Origin: Candidatus Poribacteria bacterium | Lineage (GTDB): Bacteria > Poribacteria > WGA-4E > WGA-3G | DNA length: 64,000 bases | Reading direction: 5' to 3' | NCBI GenBank assembly: GCA_965205015.1 | Contig: OZ242029.1 | Coordinates: forward strand, 128,001 to 192,000 | Shown here: positions 9,560 to 19,011 of the stretch, one piece after another | How positions within the stretch are numbered: the stretch's first letter is position 1 | Layout of the letters: every line of letters starts with the position of its first letter | Position numbers and translations under genes: made by a program | Notes under the pieces: generated by a model | Seen by the model: only the letters and a program-made list of their open reading frames with translations | Databases searched by the model: none | Told to the model about the DNA's origin: nothing

Positions 9560-10371
9560 AACAATCTGAATGGATTGACACAATTAAACAGGGGGATTGT
9601 ATTCAACTGATGTCCGAAATGCCGGAGGAATGTGTCGATCTCGTCATAACGGATCCGCCCTTCGCGATTGACTTCAAAGCGACTCGTCACAATTACAATC
9701 GGAAAGAGAATCGAGTCCTTCAAGGTTACAACGAAATTGAAGGAAGCGATTATCTTGCTTTTACGCTTGATTGGCTCTCTGCTGCGACGCGAGTGCTAAA
9801 GGATTCTGGAAGCATGTATATCTTCTCCGGTTGGAATCATCTAAAAGACCTCCTGATAGCAATCGACGAGTGTCAGCTGACGACTGTCAATCACCTAATT
9901 TGGAAATATCAGTTTGGCGTTGTTACCAAGCGTAAATACGTAACCTCCCATTACCATTGTCTTTTTTTGTGCAAAAACGATAAAAAACGAAAGTTTTATC
10001 CGTATCGCCGATTTGATAAGGACGCAAAGACTGCAAACGGTGGATCCGCGCACTACAAAGATAAAGAGGATGTCTGGGAAATTAAGAGAGAGTATTGGCA
10101 AGGTGCGGTGAAAACACCAACAAAATTGCCCGCTGAACTCATTGACAAAATCCTTGATTATTCCAGTGAAAAAGGTGATGTCGTTTTAGATCCGTTTTTA
10201 GGTTCAGGACAGGTTGCTGTTGTTAGCAAAATGAAGGAACGGCATTACATAGGCTTTGAGATTGTTCCAGCATATTATGAATTCGCCAGCGACAGGCTTG
10301 AGTCAGGGAAATACTTAATTCAGAAAACAGAAGAAGAACCCGTATGGGACTTATTCAGTAGGGAGACATAA
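9556..10371 (+). CDS. site-specific DNA methyltransferase (N6-A/N4-C, beta class)
   Basis: Motif IV TDPPF precedes PT-LP and motif I VLDPFLGSG. Confidence 0.92.
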   Translation: MKQSEWIDTIKQGDCIQLMSEMPEECVDLVITDPPFAIDFKATRHNYNRKENRVLQGYNEIEGSDYLAFTLDWLSAATRVLKDSGSMYIFSGWNHLKDLLIAIDECQLTTVNHLIWKYQFGVVTKRKYVTSHYHCLFLCKNDKKRKFYPYRRFDKDAKTANGGSAHYKDKEDVWEIKREYWQGAVKTPTKLPAELIDKILDYSSEKGDVVLDPFLGSGQVAVVSKMKERHYIGFEIVPAYYEFASDRLESGKYLIQKTEEEPVWDLFSRET

Positions 10372-10378
10372 TTTTATC

Positions 10379-11041
10379 ATGGCAAGCCAAAAGATATTTG
10401 AGACAGCTGAAAAATTGCAAATCGCCTCGCGAAACATACCAAAAGTTTGGAATGGCAGAAAGTCTATCCTTGAGATGAAAGAAGGCGGCTCAACACAGTG
10501 GAAACAGATGGAATGGATGGGATTTTACTTTGAATTTTTATGTGAAACCCATTTTAATGGCATAATCGATATGCCCGGCAGGAAATATAGCAATACAACG
10601 TTTGACGCGTTTCGCGAAATTTCGTGGGATTTTAAGGCACATGCCGCTAACACAACAAGGCACGACGTTGTTACAAATGATGTGGAAGCGATAAAAAACA
10701 CGCTTGATGATTATGGCTACTATGGAATCATTCTCGCAATCGGTGAAGTAGAATACAATGATGAAGAAAGAACTTTCAAAAGGTGGCATGACGAGCTGAA
10801 AGAGGGCATCAGCAAATATGAAACAAATAGAATCAATAGAGGTGCGATGTCAAGGCGACGTAAGACAGAGTTTATTTTATCGGAAATTCACTTTATCTGC
10901 TTGGATACGGAAAGGTTAGATCAATGTAGTAGTTTATACCATCAGGGTAGAAACTCCAACGGTAAGCCAAGACCACCAAAATATAATGTCAATATCCAGA
11001 AAATTCCCGATTCTGCACTGATTGCTACTCAGGAGTTCTAA
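10379..11041 (+). CDS. putative type II restriction endonuclease
   Basis: Starts 7 nt after the MTase; AT-rich; FEFLCE...FD...WDFK resembles an E...D...(D/E)xK nuclease core. Confidence 0.55.
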   Translation: MASQKIFETAEKLQIASRNIPKVWNGRKSILEMKEGGSTQWKQMEWMGFYFEFLCETHFNGIIDMPGRKYSNTTFDAFREISWDFKAHAANTTRHDVVTNDVEAIKNTLDDYGYYGIILAIGEVEYNDEERTFKRWHDELKEGISKYETNRINRGAMSRRRKTEFILSEIHFICLDTERLDQCSSLYHQGRNSNGKPRPPKYNVNIQKIPDSALIATQEF

Positions 11042-11125
11042 CAAATACGGCTATATCAAATCAACGGTGTTGATGCGATTTCGTCCATATTTCTTCTAAT
11101 AGGTGTTGCTGAAAAGGAGTAAAAA

Positions 11126-11914
11126 ATGGCTCAGGTCGTTCCCTTACGATACGACACGGCTTTCAAGAAAGCGTTCGGTCAACCGGATATCTTCTGTCAA
11201 TTTGCCGAAGATGTCTTAGGCATCAAATTCCATACCGATGAGGTGCATCGCGGCTACAAATTCCTTGAACCCATTGGGCAGGTTGATATTGAATATGATT
11301 TGTTTGCCGAGGATACGGAATCCCGTATTGTGGTTGAGATACAACACGTCAAAGAGCGACACTTCTACGACCGTTTCCTCTATTATCATCTTATCAACCT
11401 CGTCGAACAGGTGAAAAACAGCAAGGCGTATCAGTTCGATCGGACGGTTTACACGATTGTTGTCTTAACGAGTCCGTATAGTGAGAACGAAATAGACTTC
11501 AGTGTGGCTATCGCGGATTTCAACCCGGTCAACGAATTTAGCCGGAAAGTCAATGTCTATCCGCATCAACTCGTGTTTGTGGTCCCGCGGATGGTCAACG
11601 ATAAGACCCCACCGGACATCAAAACGTGGTTGGAACTCGTGTTGGATTCTCTGGACGGAGAGATGGACGCAAGCGACTATAACTCCCCGATTTTTGAGAG
11701 GGTGATTGATGCGGTTAAATTGGACAACATCTCGCCTGCAGAACGCAGGGTCCTGAAGGATGAAGAGTCTTGGGAAGATACCTTAATAGATACAAGGCAA
11801 CAGGAAAAGATTACCATTGCTCGCGCCCTGATGAGCGAAGGCGTAAGCACCGAAGTCATCGCAAGAGCAACAGGCATTCCAGAAACAGACATCGAAAAAC
11901 TGAGAGAATCGTAA
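11126..11914 (+). CDS. Rpn / PD-(D/E)XK nuclease family transposase-like protein
   Basis: DTAFKKAFG, YDLFAED...VVEIQ, DRFLYY, C-terminal IARALMSEGVSTEVIARATGI. Confidence 0.85.
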   Translation: MAQVVPLRYDTAFKKAFGQPDIFCQFAEDVLGIKFHTDEVHRGYKFLEPIGQVDIEYDLFAEDTESRIVVEIQHVKERHFYDRFLYYHLINLVEQVKNSKAYQFDRTVYTIVVLTSPYSENEIDFSVAIADFNPVNEFSRKVNVYPHQLVFVVPRMVNDKTPPDIKTWLELVLDSLDGEMDASDYNSPIFERVIDAVKLDNISPAERRVLKDEESWEDTLIDTRQQEKITIARALMSEGVSTEVIARATGIPETDIEKLRES

Positions 11915-12108
11915 ATCCCAAGGCGTGCTTCCAATTCCCTTCTTCCGTGAATAAACAGGGCAACACGATGGGTTTCTACGGTAAATTCTAAAAATAAATA
12001 GACATCTTGTAGGGGCTGCCCTTGTGGCTGCCCGCAACGCACCGGGCGCAATGTTCAAGTCATTCTAAAATCTACCATAAAAACAACGATACACAGCGAG
12101 GTACCACC

Positions 12109-13749
12109 ATGTACAACAGACCCCCAACGATCGGCGAATACCTACTCAGAAAATTGGAAGGCTATGACATTGAACACATCTTCGGCGTCCCCGGCGATTA
12201 TGTACTGCGATTCTATGACCTCATCGAACAGAGTTCAATTCAGCATATCGGTATGACCCGTGAGGATGCAGCAGGCTACGCCGCCGATGCTTATGCCCGG
12301 ATAAAAGGCATGGGTGCCGTCTGTGTTACCTATTGCGTCGGTGGGTTATCCATGGTGAACGCTGTCGCAGGTGCCTACGCCGAGAAATCCCCCGTTGTTG
12401 TTATCAGTGGTGCCCCTGGCATCAGAGAACACGGAAAAGACGCACTCCTTCACCATAAAGTCAGGGATTTCCATACACAGCAACGGATTTATGACGAGAT
12501 AACCGTCGCAACGGCACTCCTTGATGAACCTTTTACCGCCTTCAATGAAATCGATCGAGTGCTTGATGCCGTCTACCGCTACAAACGTCCCGGATACATT
12601 GAACTCCCACGCGACATGGTGGATGTCCGCGGCACGCTTTACCAACGTCCTTCAACCGGCGGACACCTCAGCGATCCGGAAATATTGGATGCCGCCGTTG
12701 AAGATGCGATTGATTTCATTAACCACAGTAAAAGACCCGTCATTCTTGCGGGCGTAGAACTCCACAGATTCGGCTATCAGAACAAACTCCTCAGACTCAT
12801 AGAAGAAAAACGGATTCCAGTGGTAGCAACGCTTCTTGGAAAGTCGGTGATGCCGGAATCCCACCCGCTCTACTTGGGGATATACGAAGGGGCAATGGGG
12901 AGACAGGAGGTCCGACAATTTGTTGAAGATTCGGATTGTGTGATCATCCTCGGCGCATTCATGACGGATGTGAACCTTGGAATTTACACCGCAAACCTCG
13001 ATCGAGCACACTCCATTTACGCCACCTCGGAAAAAATTACAGTCCGTTACCACAATTACGAAGAGGTGATGTTTGACGATTTCATTGACGGTCTCCATTC
13101 ACCGAAACTCCGAAGGCGCCGGAAACCGAATTTGGGGTGGGCATCTCCAGATACCGAACCGTTTCAGGTCGAACCCGGCAAACCTTTAACAACCCGCCGA
13201 TTGTTCCAGCACCTCAACGAATTCATAAACGACGAACTGACAGTTATCGCTGATGTCGGCGACAGCCTCTTCGGGGCAGCGGAGTTGCGCATCCATCAAC
13301 ACACCAACTTCATCAGTCCCGCCTACTACACCTCAATGGGGTTTGCAGTGCCGGCATCCGTGGGCGCGCAACTGAGTATGCCCGACGCGCGGTGCCTCGT
13401 TATCGTCGGAGATGGTGCCTTCCAAATGACTGGCACCGAACTCTCAACGACCGTCCGTTACGGACTCAATCCCATTGTGCTTGTACTGAACAATCACGGA
13501 TATGGCACCGAACGGCACCTCCTTGACGGTCCCTTTAACGACATAGGATGCTGGAACTATAGTGCTATACCGGCACTGTTCGGTACAGGACGCGGCTACT
13601 ATGTCCGAACCGAAGGCGAGTTCGACGAAGCCATTAAAGCCGCACTCGCCGAAACGCAACACTTTACCCTGATTGAAGCGGAACTCGACAAATTGGACAC
13701 GTCACCGGCACTCGCTCGCTTGGCAGAACGGATGTCCGGGAAGATCTAA
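12109..13749 (+). CDS. ThDP-dependent alpha-keto acid (indolepyruvate/phenylpyruvate) decarboxylase
   Basis: FGVPGDY, AGYAADAYAR, LLHH, GDGAFQMTG...NN ThDP motif. Confidence 0.9.
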   Translation: MYNRPPTIGEYLLRKLEGYDIEHIFGVPGDYVLRFYDLIEQSSIQHIGMTREDAAGYAADAYARIKGMGAVCVTYCVGGLSMVNAVAGAYAEKSPVVVISGAPGIREHGKDALLHHKVRDFHTQQRIYDEITVATALLDEPFTAFNEIDRVLDAVYRYKRPGYIELPRDMVDVRGTLYQRPSTGGHLSDPEILDAAVEDAIDFINHSKRPVILAGVELHRFGYQNKLLRLIEEKRIPVVATLLGKSVMPESHPLYLGIYEGAMGRQEVRQFVEDSDCVIILGAFMTDVNLGIYTANLDRAHSIYATSEKITVRYHNYEEVMFDDFIDGLHSPKLRRRRKPNLGWASPDTEPFQVEPGKPLTTRRLFQHLNEFINDELTVIADVGDSLFGAAELRIHQHTNFISPAYYTSMGFAVPASVGAQLSMPDARCLVIVGDGAFQMTGTELSTTVRYGLNPIVLVLNNHGYGTERHLLDGPFNDIGCWNYSAIPALFGTGRGYYVRTEGEFDEAIKAALAETQHFTLIEAELDKLDTSPALARLAERMSGKI

Positions 13750-13790
13750 AGACGGGCGATAAATCACCCCACTACGAACCAGCGCGTTTC

Positions 13791-14591
13791 CTATAGGGCA
13801 GCAATTTTTTCCCGCAGGAAATTTGTACAAAAAGGCACCTGTTCTTCCGACAGCCCGTGTAACACAACCGCACCGTCATAACCGCTCTCCTTTAGCAGAC
13901 CGAGATACTGATCGTAGTCCAGCAACCCTGTCCCAGCGGCGAGGTGGCCCGCCTCTCCATCGCGGTCCAAATCCTTCGCGTGTGCCAAGGCAATATCGTC
14001 CTTAAGGAGTGCGAACGCCTCATCAAGGATCTCACGCATCTTCGGGAGTTCACCTTTGTGGAAGACATTCGCGCCGTCCATACAAACTTTCAGATAGGGC
14101 GATTGCATCTCATCGAGCAGACGACGCGCCTTCGGTGCCGAATCGATGACGTTCGCGACTTCAGGTTCAAGCGCAAGCACCACCTCATATTCCTCAGCGA
14201 CCTCCAGTGCCTGTTTCATAGATTCAACAAGATCGCGCCACGCCTCCGGCGTATTGTTATCAGGATGCGCCCGCCACATACTGTCCGGATCACGCGAGCC
14301 GGTACAGATCGTAATCACGGATGTGCCCATCGGCGCACACTGCTCAGCGACAGAACGCAACATCCGCAATCCGGCGTGCCGTTTCTCAACATCCGGATCG
14401 ATCATGTTATAGGTGCCTCCAAGTGCTGAGATCGTGATCTGTCGGTCGTCTAACGCCTCGCGAACCTCCGCGAGCGACAGTCCCGCAGGCACATGATATT
14501 GTAAATGATGGACATCGTGTTCCACAATAGCGTCCAGCGTCGCGCCGAGCGTTTTGCGCCGAATCGTCCCGCCCATAAGTCCAACGTGCAT
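13791..14591 (-). CDS. sugar phosphate isomerase/epimerase (xylose isomerase-like TIM barrel)
   Basis: LALEP, MDGAN, AHAKD, GTGLLDY. Confidence 0.85.
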   Translation of the reverse strand: MHVGLMGGTIRRKTLGATLDAIVEHDVHHLQYHVPAGLSLAEVREALDDRQITISALGGTYNMIDPDVEKRHAGLRMLRSVAEQCAPMGTSVITICTGSRDPDSMWRAHPDNNTPEAWRDLVESMKQALEVAEEYEVVLALEPEVANVIDSAPKARRLLDEMQSPYLKVCMDGANVFHKGELPKMREILDEAFALLKDDIALAHAKDLDRDGEAGHLAAGTGLLDYDQYLGLLKESGYDGAVVLHGLSEEQVPFCTNFLREKIAAL

Positions 14592-14793
14592 AAGTTTCTC
14601 CTGTTAAATAATGATTTGCCGTAGGTTCAGTTTAAAGTATAAAAAACATGATGATTATATAATACAAAAAGTCAGATAGCAAGAAAAAAGAGGACGCGTA
14701 GGGTGGAACACATTCATTGAAAAAAATTACATTTTCCAGTAAATTATGGTATGATTACATCATACAGCAGCATCAGCGGAGGCTTTATTTGCG

Positions 14794-16215
14794 ATGACCC
14801 CAGAAGCAATCATAACCAAAATATGCCATGCTATCGACCAACTTATCGAAAGTAGCGAGTCCTACAAAGGTCTGTTTCCTTCAATTCTGCATCCACAAAC
14901 GGGTGAGATGCTAACGGAGAAACCGACCAAGATTCCGGGGCAACGGGACGGCGACAGAGCACATCTCGGTTCCAATTTGATTCACGATGAGCCACTGCTT
15001 GCCACAATGAACGCACTCGCTGAAAGTCAATCGAAACCGGAATACACCGAAGCCGTTGATCGATACCTGAAGCACTTTGCCCAGAATTGCACGAACACGA
15101 CAACGGGATTATTCCCTTGGGGCGAACACGCCTTTTGGCAGCTCATTGAAGAACGGGTCGGGTGTTCGCGTAATCCGGCGGGTGGCACTGCAATCCACGA
15201 CCATCTACGTAAAGTCCCGCTCTGGATCTGGCAAAAACTGAATACGTTTAATCCTGCCTGTGTGCAGAGTTTCGCCGATGGATTAGATTATCACTGGACA
15301 GCGGGTGAGGGACTTGAATACATACGGCATGCGAACATTGACACAAAAGCGCATCTCGTTCGCGGTGCCCGGGCATGCGATTTCCCACGCCATTCAGGCT
15401 TTTACATCTTCGATCTGGCGTTCGCGTATACCCAAGACCCACGTCCTGAAATCCGCCAACAGCTGCAGAACTATACCAACTACTGGTGGGAGAAACGGGA
15501 TACGCGCGGACTTTTACGGATTGAAAGCCGCTCACCGAAAGCCGCTGACCGGTTTTTTGAGAAGAACGCGCCGACACAGACGTTCTCGTTAGGAGTTAGC
15601 CTACTGGAATCCGCCGCGCTGATAGAATCGCTCCTACCGGAATTGGCAGCCCAGATGCGGCAATACGGCTTAATCTATATTGACGGATTTCTCGCCGCAC
15701 CGCACAACCTTGAAACCCGTGAATTCATCAGTCTATGTGAGTGTGAAACGAATCGGATTTTTGAGCGGATGTCAACGTGGGGGAGCGTTTATGGTGCAGG
15801 AACCGTATGCAGCACAGCAGTGCTGTGTCTCGGTGGATGGCGATTGACACAGAATGAGAAGTTGATGGAATGGGCACGCGTCGTTGGCAAAACCTATCTC
15901 GACGAGAAATTTCCGGTCGATCGCGTTCACGCCGAAGGGTTTAAAATTCCTGCATCCGATGCCGGTCTCACGCTTGCGTTGTTCGCCGATCTCTACGACA
16001 TCACCGGCGAATCGGTGTGGTTGGAAGGTGGCATTGAATTGGCAGAAACGGTATTGGCGGTCTATTTTCCAGAGACACTCCCCTTCGGTGCCTCCGGGAT
16101 TGACTGGTATGAGTCGCAGATGGGAGCCGCCTACCTAATTCACGGCTTAGCACGCGTCGCACTACTGGCACTTTCCCGAAAATGCCCACTCGCGCCTAAT
16201 TACACAGCACGATAG
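14794..16215 (+). CDS. hypothetical protein, possibly an (alpha/alpha)-barrel carbohydrate-active enzyme
   Basis: 473 aa helical ORF with GGAGG RBS; TGLFPWGEH, DFPRHSG, LYDITGE-WL; lies among sugar-metabolism genes. Confidence 0.6.
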   Translation: MTPEAIITKICHAIDQLIESSESYKGLFPSILHPQTGEMLTEKPTKIPGQRDGDRAHLGSNLIHDEPLLATMNALAESQSKPEYTEAVDRYLKHFAQNCTNTTTGLFPWGEHAFWQLIEERVGCSRNPAGGTAIHDHLRKVPLWIWQKLNTFNPACVQSFADGLDYHWTAGEGLEYIRHANIDTKAHLVRGARACDFPRHSGFYIFDLAFAYTQDPRPEIRQQLQNYTNYWWEKRDTRGLLRIESRSPKAADRFFEKNAPTQTFSLGVSLLESAALIESLLPELAAQMRQYGLIYIDGFLAAPHNLETREFISLCECETNRIFERMSTWGSVYGAGTVCSTAVLCLGGWRLTQNEKLMEWARVVGKTYLDEKFPVDRVHAEGFKIPASDAGLTLALFADLYDITGESVWLEGGIELAETVLAVYFPETLPFGASGIDWYESQMGAAYLIHGLARVALLALSRKCPLAPNYTAR

Positions 16216-16308
16216 ACGTATCAATTTACAAAAGTAGTAGGCACACGCCGTGTGCCGTAATCGTAGGCTTTACTACATACAAATTCCATTACAAAAGAAA
16301 GGTAAATC

Positions 16309-17085
16309 ATGTCAAGAATACCGATCGGTTTAGAATTGTTCTCCGTCCGAAACGAATTAGCAGAAGATGTCCGCGGCACGATAAAAGCGGTCGCCGAGAT
16401 GGGATACGAAGGCGTTGAATTCGCCGGTCCACCGCAACACTCCGCACAAGAATTGAAAGGCTTGCTCGATGAGTTCGGCTTGGTCTGCTGCGGTTGGCAC
16501 ACCCCCTTCAACCTCGTCCAAGAAGACACGCTTGATGAAACGATTGAATTCAACAAGGTCTTGGAAAACCCGTATGTCATTGTTCCGGGTATTCCGGGAG
16601 AGCTCCGTCAATCGCGAGCGGACTGGTTGAAATTAGCGGGTATTTTCAACGGCATCGCCGATAAACTCGCCGCACACGGTATGGTGACGGGATACCATAA
16701 CCATCACGTCGAATTTTCGCCGTTGGATGGCGAACTGCCGTGGGATACCTTCTTCGGTAATACCAACGAAGGCGTTGTGATGCAGTTGGATATGGGCAAC
16801 GCGTTATCTGGTGGTGCGGATCTCATCGGCATTCTGGAGAGATACCCAGGCCGCGCCGGCACCGTCCATCTCAAACCTTACACCGAATCACTGGGGGAGA
16901 CAGACAGACACGCCGGTTTCCGTCCTGTTATCGGTGAGGACAGTGTACCGTGGGAGGAGATTTTCCGAGTCTGTGAAACCACCGGCGGCACGAAATGGTA
17001 TATCATTGAATATGAAAGTGATGCCTTCCCACCGCTTGAGGCTGTCGAACGCTGCCTGAGTGCCCTAAAGGAGATGGGAAAATGA
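16309..17085 (+). CDS. sugar phosphate isomerase/epimerase
   Basis: GYEGVEFAG, GYHNH, QLDMG, VHLK, IIEYE. Confidence 0.9.
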   Translation: MSRIPIGLELFSVRNELAEDVRGTIKAVAEMGYEGVEFAGPPQHSAQELKGLLDEFGLVCCGWHTPFNLVQEDTLDETIEFNKVLENPYVIVPGIPGELRQSRADWLKLAGIFNGIADKLAAHGMVTGYHNHHVEFSPLDGELPWDTFFGNTNEGVVMQLDMGNALSGGADLIGILERYPGRAGTVHLKPYTESLGETDRHAGFRPVIGEDSVPWEEIFRVCETTGGTKWYIIEYESDAFPPLEAVERCLSALKEMGK

Positions 17086-17840
17086 GAACCTATTGTGCAA
17101 GCACACTCCCATTTTCCGCCTTCCAGTTGACAGAATTTGTAGGTGGGTTATCCCAAAATGGCGTGTCTGCGATTGAACTTGCCCAAGCCCATTTTTCCGG
17201 TGCGGATGCGGAAGCCATTGCTGCCCTCCGAGAAAAAACAGGGCTCCGTTTTAAATCCATGTTGAGCACTGTGGCGGTTGACGCACCAGACGGACTTGAG
17301 GCGTTAATCGAAATTCTTGACACTGCCCAAAGGCTCTCTATTCCACTCGTCAGCATCGCGAGTGGTGGAAAAGAAGAAGCCACCGCTCGCGAAATCGAAA
17401 CGATTATTGATCACCTCAAAACGGTCACTGCAGAAGCACAGACTCGCAATCTAACCCTTATGCTCTACGCCCACGAAGGGAGCATGGCTTACAATCTGGA
17501 ACGCACGCAACACATCCTCAATGCGATCTCCGCCGAAAACTTCGGTTTTTACTACAGTCCCTATCATTTTCATCGCGCCGGAGACGATCCGGTTGTCGCC
17601 TTACGCACCCTATCAGAACGGTTGTTCAGTGTCTATTTCAACTGTGGTGTGGATTCAAGCACAGGCAGCGAGCCGTTCTGGGCACCAGAGATGGATTTCC
17701 CCGCTATCTGTCAGGAGATAGACCGCGTCGGCTACACTGCGGAGATTATGCTCATCTATTTGGGATTGAAGGCGGAAACACCAGAACCGATTATTGAGGG
17801 AGTCGCAAACGCACGCGCCAAGTTAGAAACCTATTTTTAA
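17082..17840 (+). CDS. xylose isomerase-like TIM barrel protein (metal ligands degenerate)
   Basis: Overall AP-endonuclease-2 pattern; ATGA overlap with previous gene. Confidence 0.7.
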   Translation: MRTYCASTLPFSAFQLTEFVGGLSQNGVSAIELAQAHFSGADAEAIAALREKTGLRFKSMLSTVAVDAPDGLEALIEILDTAQRLSIPLVSIASGGKEEATAREIETIIDHLKTVTAEAQTRNLTLMLYAHEGSMAYNLERTQHILNAISAENFGFYYSPYHFHRAGDDPVVALRTLSERLFSVYFNCGVDSSTGSEPFWAPEMDFPAICQEIDRVGYTAEIMLIYLGLKAETPEPIIEGVANARAKLETYF

Positions 17841-17983
17841 TTCAGAACGCCTCAAAAAACTCAATATTCCTAATAGTGCCTTCACGCGTAGCATTGATTT
17901 CAGAGAAAACCGACTGACGCTCTATCTTGAGGATCTCAGTCCTGTATTTCTTCCCGACCCCGCCCCCATTTCTCAACATTTAA

Positions 17984-18024
17984 GTGTAAGCACACAGCAA
18001 CGTTACAGGCTTGTGTGCTTACAC
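17984..18024. repeat. 13-bp perfect inverted repeat (REP-like hairpin)
   Basis: GTGTAAGCACACA ... TGTGTGCTTACAC. Confidence 0.75.
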
Positions 18025-18046
18025 GCTCACACTTTACATAATCGGT

Positions 18047-18162
18047 GGTTTATCATGTGCATGGTCCCCGATCCCCCAGGATAATTGATAAAAAATAGGA
18101 ATTTTTCATTTTTTTTTCAGATTATGCACGTTTTATGCACCAAAATTACGTCTTTAGATAAT
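18047..18162 (+). promoter_or_regulatory. conserved upstream element, copy 1, with putative ECF promoter (TGCACG-18 nt-CGTCTT)
   Basis: Colinear similarity to 21362-21476; CGTC is a typical ECF -10 core. Confidence 0.55.
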
Positions 18163-18343
18163 CAATCAAAGGGGAACACAATCGTTTCGTTTATAGTAAA
18201 GTTTAGAATTAATTAGACACTTTAAAGAGGCGAGGATACAATCCTCGCCAGCGGCGGAGAGGATTGTTTCGCTAAGCAACTGTCTACATATTTTTCGACT
18301 TTACTATAATGTCTGACGACCTAACATCTGGAGGAGAAAAAAG

Positions 18344-18895
18344 ATGGAAAAAAATTTTAACTCGGAAACTTTCAAAAAAACATTTGACGCGTATGTCCTA
18401 AAGTGGCATATATTGGTAGCAATCTTATGGATTCTGGCTTTTTTGCCTGCCTTTCTACGCGTTTGGGATTCGTGGGGACCTCTCTTGGGTAACATAACTT
18501 TTGGAGCAATCGCATCCGGTATTGTTTCTATCGGAGGGGTATCTTTCGGACTTGTTTCGATTGGTGCTGTTTCTTTTGGTGTCATTGCCATTGGCAGCGT
18601 ATCTTGTGGGATCATCGCGATTGGTGTAACATCTATGGGGGTTTTTGCTTTTGGAAATTACGCTGCCGCTGGACTTATCGCCATTTCTACAGGTTCAACT
18701 GGGATATCTCCCCGGGTCGGTGGAAAGGCTTCTGGGATTATAGCAATTGGTCGGCAGACAAGCGGACTATACGCGCTTTCCTATGAAAGAGAAGGCAATG
18801 GTGTTTATATGTTTTCACCTGAACGCCAAGATACACAGGCTGTTGCCCTGTTCACCCACTATCTCCGAAAGTTTAAGTCTGTGATATTGACCTGA
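18344..18895 (+). CDS. membrane protein with Gly-rich pentapeptide-like repeats (GxxS/AxG)
   Basis: GGAGGA RBS; GAIASGIVSIGGVSFGLVSIGAVSFGVIAIG. Confidence 0.75.
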   Translation: MEKNFNSETFKKTFDAYVLKWHILVAILWILAFLPAFLRVWDSWGPLLGNITFGAIASGIVSIGGVSFGLVSIGAVSFGVIAIGSVSCGIIAIGVTSMGVFAFGNYAAAGLIAISTGSTGISPRVGGKASGIIAIGRQTSGLYALSYEREGNGVYMFSPERQDTQAVALFTHYLRKFKSVILT

Positions 18896-19011
18896 TCACC
18901 CCCGAACAGGCATATTTACATGTCAGTGCTTCACTCAAGCAGGATGCAGAGAATGATATGAAGCATTAGCACGGATACAGTCGTTTGTATTGACGCATTA
19001 CGGAGGTTCTA

